A DNA stretch of 63,783 nt, counting the filler. It is 6 parts of 6 records of this genome, joined end to end, with 100 filler letters (N's around TTAATTAATTAA, not from the genome) between each part and the next. Parts side by side here need not be neighbours in the genome. Positions count along the whole stretch, not along the records: positions 58,005 to 63,783 come from SRR31156797_17919; 5 more parts are not named here. The stretch is one strand, 5' to 3'. The translations under genes and the position numbers were made by a program. Below are positions 59,444-63,783 of this stretch, piece by piece. Position 1 is the stretch's first letter, and each line of letters begins with the position of its first letter. The notes under the pieces are model-generated. The model made no database searches. It was not told where the DNA came from and saw nothing but the letters and a program-made list of their open reading frames with translations.

Positions 59444-61555
59444 ATGGATAAAAATAATATGACGAATAGAATTTTTGAGTATTTTGAAGATTTAGGTTAC
59501 CCTAAAGAATATATTAATAAAAGTAAAGAGTTTGATTACTTAATTAAACTAAACGAAAATAATTTTATCTTTGCTGAAATTAAACTCAAATATTCTTTTT
59601 CAAAAAAAGAACAAGTTAATATAAGATTCAATCCTGTAATTAGAGATTTACAAAAAAGAGCTTCTGAAAATAAAGCCTTATATTTTGTTTTGATTACTCA
59701 AAATGGCTTTTTTTGGTTTGAAAATGATAATACAGGAAGACCGAAATTAATTACTTCTCCAATTGAATTTTCAAAAAAGCAAATCACCTCAATTACAGCT
59801 CAATATAAAAAAGATTTTATAAAACTTTTTAGAGAAATAAATTTATTACTCAGAAGCAACAAAATTAGCAGATATAACACAAAAGATTTTGGATATATTT
59901 TGTTCATTTATCTTTTAACAAAAATTGAGAATATTGACTTCAGTTTTGATTCTGAAAATTATTTTGAACTTACTATGCATATCAAAGATGAGAATATTAA
60001 AAGCGAGATATATCAAGTAATAAGTTCATATGAAAAATATACATTAGAACAAATATTTTTTCTATTAACACGAATTCCATTTTTTAGTAGACATAGTAAA
60101 AACATACTATTTGCGATTGATGAGATATTTCTATTAAAAACAAATCGTTTAAAAATTCCAAGATGGATTTCAGATTTAATTATCAAATTAAGCTCGAATA
60201 ATAATAACAATGAAAGCGTTTTTGATTTAGCGACAGGATTTGGAGACTTGGTTTCGGCAACTTTTTTTAATAATTTCTCTTCTGAAATATTGGGAATTGA
60301 TACTAATTCAGACAATATTTTATGGACAAATATTCAATATATGATTTTAACTCAAAAAAATCCTAAAGATATTTTTAAATCACACTCTTTCCTAAACCAC
60401 GGTTCAATAGAGGAAAAGTATTCAAATATTGTTGTCGCTCCACCTTTTGGAAAAACCAAATCAATTATTTTTGAAGGTTATTTATCTTTGAGTAATATTG
60501 AAGATATAACGACTTATTTTGCAACTAATTATCTAAAAATTCATGGACGTGCAACAATTGTTGTTCCAGATGGGTTTTTATTTCAAGGTGGAAAGAGAAT
60601 AAAATTTAGAAAATGGCTAATGGAAAAAGTTGATATAATTGGAATTATTGGGTTACCAAAAGGAGCTTTCTCTCCTTATTCTGGTGTAAAAGCTAGCATA
60701 GTCATTATTGAGAAAAAAGAAAATTTACAAATTAGAAAACCTGATATTTTTGTTGAGGAAATAACTAACGGCTTTGATGAAGATACTTTTGATTGTTTTG
60801 AATTTCATGAAATAGAAAAACTAGTCAAAAATTTTAGAGATTTTAATCTTAACCTAAATTTTAAGGAATACGAAAAAAATGTAATTAAAATACAAAATAT
60901 TAACATTGAAAATCTAACTCCAAATTATTTATTAAAATCGAATAGTTTACATTATGATTTGAATAATAAATATATGATTTATAAACTGGAGGATTTATTA
61001 AATGAACTAGTAAAAGGTCAGTCAATTAAAAAAATAAAAGGAACTTCTCTTTCTTTTATCCATTCGGCTACAGGAGAAAATCTTTTTATTGAAGAAAGAA
61101 ATATTCAACATTTTGACATAAATCAACTAGAACAAAAAAAACTCATAAAAGTTAAAAAAAATGATATTATTATTAATGCTTTGGGGTCAAATATTGGAAA
61201 AGCAGCTGTTGTTAATAATACGAATAAAAATTATTATTTAAATAATAACGTATATAAAGCTACTGTAAATTCAAAAATTATAAATCCGTTTTATTTGACT
61301 ATCGCATTAAATAGCGATTATGTTAATAGTCAAATTATGGTAAGTTCGACTGGGTCAGTTATGCCAAATATTAGAAAAAGTTTTTTGAAAAAAACAGCAA
61401 TCCCTGTTCCTTCATTAGTTGAACAACTAAGAATTGTAGAAGAATATTTTGAACTTTATGAAAAAAAAGAAGAACATATTAAAAAAGTTCAATTAATTGA
61501 AAAAAAAATTAATTCTTTAATTGATTTTGATATAAAAAAGGAGGAAACTAAATGA
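59444..61555 (+). CDS. Fusion of an HsdR_N/PD-(D/E)xK-like domain, an N6-methyltransferase-like domain and a single TRD; catalytic motif degenerate
   Basis: LGYP..FDY..AEIK..ITQNG; motif I VFDLATGFG; motif IV IVVAPPF; IVVPDGFLF, IIGLPKGAF; HsdS-like TGSVMPNI..IPVPSLVEQLRIV; AAGGAG RBS. Confidence 0.82.
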   Translation: MDKNNMTNRIFEYFEDLGYPKEYINKSKEFDYLIKLNENNFIFAEIKLKYSFSKKEQVNIRFNPVIRDLQKRASENKALYFVLITQNGFFWFENDNTGRPKLITSPIEFSKKQITSITAQYKKDFIKLFREINLLLRSNKISRYNTKDFGYILFIYLLTKIENIDFSFDSENYFELTMHIKDENIKSEIYQVISSYEKYTLEQIFFLLTRIPFFSRHSKNILFAIDEIFLLKTNRLKIPRWISDLIIKLSSNNNNNESVFDLATGFGDLVSATFFNNFSSEILGIDTNSDNILWTNIQYMILTQKNPKDIFKSHSFLNHGSIEEKYSNIVVAPPFGKTKSIIFEGYLSLSNIEDITTYFATNYLKIHGRATIVVPDGFLFQGGKRIKFRKWLMEKVDIIGIIGLPKGAFSPYSGVKASIVIIEKKENLQIRKPDIFVEEITNGFDEDTFDCFEFHEIEKLVKNFRDFNLNLNFKEYEKNVIKIQNINIENLTPNYLLKSNSLHYDLNNKYMIYKLEDLLNELVKGQSIKKIKGTSLSFIHSATGENLFIEERNIQHFDINQLEQKKLIKVKKNDIIINALGSNIGKAAVVNNTNKNYYLNNNVYKATVNSKIINPFYLTIALNSDYVNSQIMVSSTGSVMPNIRKSFLKKTAIPVPSLVEQLRIVEEYFELYEKKEEHIKKVQLIEKKINSLIDFDIKKEETK

Positions 61556-62679
61556 AATTAGTATTTCCCATTTCCTCGAACTCAATTATTGAAGCATATA
61601 GCCTTTTAAGAAAACTTCTTGGTGATAATGAATTAATAATTTTTAAAACAATGGAAGAAGTTTCAGATAACATTGGAAGAAGTTTTGATTTACCATTTTC
61701 TAAAGATAATTATGAAAGCAAACACGATGAAATAAAAAAAAGATTTAGTTATTTAAGTGTTCTTAGTGGAAGAGAAATCGCCTTGAAACTTTTTCTTAAT
61801 ATTTTTAAAAAAATAGAAGCGGATGGCGGTTTAAAAGGAATTAGCACTGAGGAATTAAAAGAACAATTTTTTATTAAAACAGAATATGAAAATGTTCATT
61901 TAGTGTTTAAAAATGAACATTGCATTTCTGTTGAATGGAATATTGAATATGTTGAAAACAAATACAAAAGTAGTCGGAAAATTCTTTTAGATATTATTGA
62001 TGATGATTTTGAAGAAATAATTCCACCTCAGATTTTAGAATATATTCACAACTCTATAAGCTCATATTCAATTGGTATGAATTATGTCGCAGTAGCACTT
62101 ATGTCAATTGTAATTGAAGGAACTTTAAGAGATGCTTTAGAGAAAAAAGGATATAGTTTCAATCCTGTTGCAAATAAAAATGATGTATATAAATACACGA
62201 AAGCAAAAGTAAAAAAAGTAAATAATTATTTTAAAGTTGAAATTCAAGATACTTTAATAAAGGAAACTTTAGAATTCCCAGATACTGAAATTGAAATTGA
62301 AATGAGAAGAGTCAAGAAAAAAGAATCAAGAAGTGATATTCTAATAAAAAATCCAAAAGATTTAATTGAATTTTGGACAAAAAATGAAGTTGATAAACCT
62401 GGTGAGAAAACTGTAACGGGTTTGGGAGCTGCGCTATCAATTGCAAGAAAAATAGAAATACTAACTCCTGCTATGCTGCCAACAGATTTTGATGATATCA
62501 TAAAGGCTTTTAGAAACAATCTTATTCACCTTTCTTCTGAGGCTTTAAAAACGCCGATATTGTCAATTGACCCTAGTGGAAATTTTACATTAAATGATGT
62601 AATTAAAAACGATAATATTGTTTTGGATTTAGTTGCAAACATTCCTACTTTTGTAAATGATTTTTATAAGAACAATTAA
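61552..62679 (+). CDS. Putative HEPN-superfamily (AbiJ/Abi_C-like) RNase effector
   Basis: Helical Y.A....IEGTLR segment and RNNLIH (R-x4-H); ATGA overlap plus AAGGAGG RBS. Confidence 0.62.
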   Translation: MKLVFPISSNSIIEAYSLLRKLLGDNELIIFKTMEEVSDNIGRSFDLPFSKDNYESKHDEIKKRFSYLSVLSGREIALKLFLNIFKKIEADGGLKGISTEELKEQFFIKTEYENVHLVFKNEHCISVEWNIEYVENKYKSSRKILLDIIDDDFEEIIPPQILEYIHNSISSYSIGMNYVAVALMSIVIEGTLRDALEKKGYSFNPVANKNDVYKYTKAKVKKVNNYFKVEIQDTLIKETLEFPDTEIEIEMRRVKKKESRSDILIKNPKDLIEFWTKNEVDKPGEKTVTGLGAALSIARKIEILTPAMLPTDFDDIIKAFRNNLIHLSSEALKTPILSIDPSGNFTLNDVIKNDNIVLDLVANIPTFVNDFYKNN

Positions 62680-62683
62680 CATT

Positions 62684-62744
62684 CACTAACACACGGCAGA
62701 TTCCATGAAAACCGCACATCAGCTTTGTCGCAGGGGCGTTAACC
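62684..62744 (+). mobile_element. Putative (degenerate) attC site
   Basis: CACTAAC 5 nt after the stop codon, inner arms CGGCAGA/TTTGTCG, ending GTTAACC; 61 bp. Confidence 0.5.
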
Positions 62745-62856
62745 TAAACAAAACATAATGCACACTAATAAAAATAAAAGATTTAATCTGTGTTAATATA
62801 ATACAACCCCTCCCAAAACGCTCAAAACGTCTCAGGTGGGGTTCTCTCTATCTCCA

Positions 62857-63750
62857 TTATTCACTTTCTTTCTCTGCCAGTCCTTCAAATTCCTTAAGTT
62901 TTTCATTACAAATTTTGTATGTTAATTCTTTCAATTGCTCTACACGAATAACTAAATATTCTAATTGCTCCTTTGTGATCACAAAGTCTTTCTTATATCG
63001 CGATCCTATATATGCCTCCCGCAACTTTTCAAACATATCTTTTTCCAATTGTGTTCTTCTCGGAAATGGTTCTCTAAATCTAATGTCTTCTCTAATCGCT
63101 CTTTTCAATAATTTATTCAAATCATGCGTTTTCGGTTTATAGTCGGTAAAAACAAGTAAATTAGTCATCAGATATCGCTCTGTTGCTTGATGAAGCATGA
63201 AAGATGCTAATTTATATTGCTCCTTTATCATATAGAACCCATACCCATCTAAGAAACCGTCTGCACTTTCGCCCCACTCATCTAAATACTCTTTTACTTT
63301 CTCAACTCTTACACTATAATTAATCTCAGCAGGTTCACTAAATTCCATTCCTAACTCATTATGCAATACTATTCCCTCATGATAGATATCACAGAAGAAA
63401 TAACGACTCTCAGCAAGCATCTCTGATATATAGTCATATCCGTGAAAGATCATACTAATTGGCGTTTCTCTTCTGAAATTTGCCTCAACATAATCTCTTA
63501 CTTTATTCGTGAACTTGTTACTTCTCGATCTACCCTCGTACTTAGTTACCAACAGGAGATCATAGTCACTTTTATACTCATATGTAATTCCATCTTCTAC
63601 ATAAGTGTCATCAACCCAAGTTCCACGAGCAAAACTCCCATATAGAATGATCATCTCAATTTTGCCTGCAAATTCTGCCTTGATCAGATCAACAAATCTA
63701 TTCAATTCCTCCTGCTTCTCTTGTGGTAAATGTGCAATACTCGTCTTCAT
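62857..63750 (-). CDS. Fused nucleotidyltransferase (MNT)-HEPN protein
   Basis: ILYGSFARG and SDYDLLLV (MNT); FMLHQATERYL, KPKTHDL, AYIGSRY (HEPN). Confidence 0.88.
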   Translation of the reverse strand: MKTSIAHLPQEKQEELNRFVDLIKAEFAGKIEMIILYGSFARGTWVDDTYVEDGITYEYKSDYDLLLVTKYEGRSRSNKFTNKVRDYVEANFRRETPISMIFHGYDYISEMLAESRYFFCDIYHEGIVLHNELGMEFSEPAEINYSVRVEKVKEYLDEWGESADGFLDGYGFYMIKEQYKLASFMLHQATERYLMTNLLVFTDYKPKTHDLNKLLKRAIREDIRFREPFPRRTQLEKDMFEKLREAYIGSRYKKDFVITKEQLEYLVIRVEQLKELTYKICNEKLKEFEGLAEKESE

Positions 63751-63783
63751 AAGCTCATCCTCAATAATTAGTTTTTATTCATT

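Noticed and set aside
59444-62679. Ordinary type I restriction-modification operon
   Set aside because: No helicase-containing HsdR, only one TRD, a non-canonical motif IV, and the partner gene looks HEPN-like rather than RM-like
1-63783. CRISPR arrays, rRNA genes, IS transposases, prophage genes
   Set aside because: No regularly spaced repeats, rRNA-like blocks, or transposase/phage motifs were seen in any contig

Overview
This window is not one locus. It is six contigs joined by artificial 100-nt spacers (N44-TTAATTAATTAA-N44), and the contigs appear to come from different organisms. (1) 1-13989, spirochaete-like: tRNA-Met, a degenerate STAND/TPR protein, an HATPase-PilZ-STAS-HATPase partner-switching cluster, an HD hydrolase, a voltage-sensor/HAMP membrane protein and a very large truncated secreted protein. 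(2) 14090-21687, sulfate-reducer-like (Desulfobacterota): tmcDCBA with a response regulator and kinase, purC, GT2-DUF2062 and fabG. (3) 21788-33101, spirochaete-like: an orphan binding protein, a YesM/YesN-type two-component system, an AfuABC/FbpABC-type ABC transporter and AraC-azlCD. (4) 33202-42510, Desulfobacterota-like: a Tad/Flp pilus cluster preceded by a cNMP-AraC regulator that sits under a clear cobalamin riboswitch with a terminator, back-to-back with gspG-M. (5) 42611-57904: spirochaete-type tuf-S10-spc-alpha ribosomal protein cluster. (6) 58005-63783, very AT-rich: DUF2917, GNAT, an integron-like cassette and an MNT-HEPN gene. There are two best candidates for undescribed biology. 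One is the cassette in contig 6, which couples a nuclease-methyltransferase-TRD fusion with a broken catalytic motif (APPF) to a HEPN (RxxxxH) protein and may be a guard/decoy anti-phage system. The other is apparent B12-riboswitch control of a Tad pilus regulator. All family and taxon calls are by eye from motifs; no searches were run.
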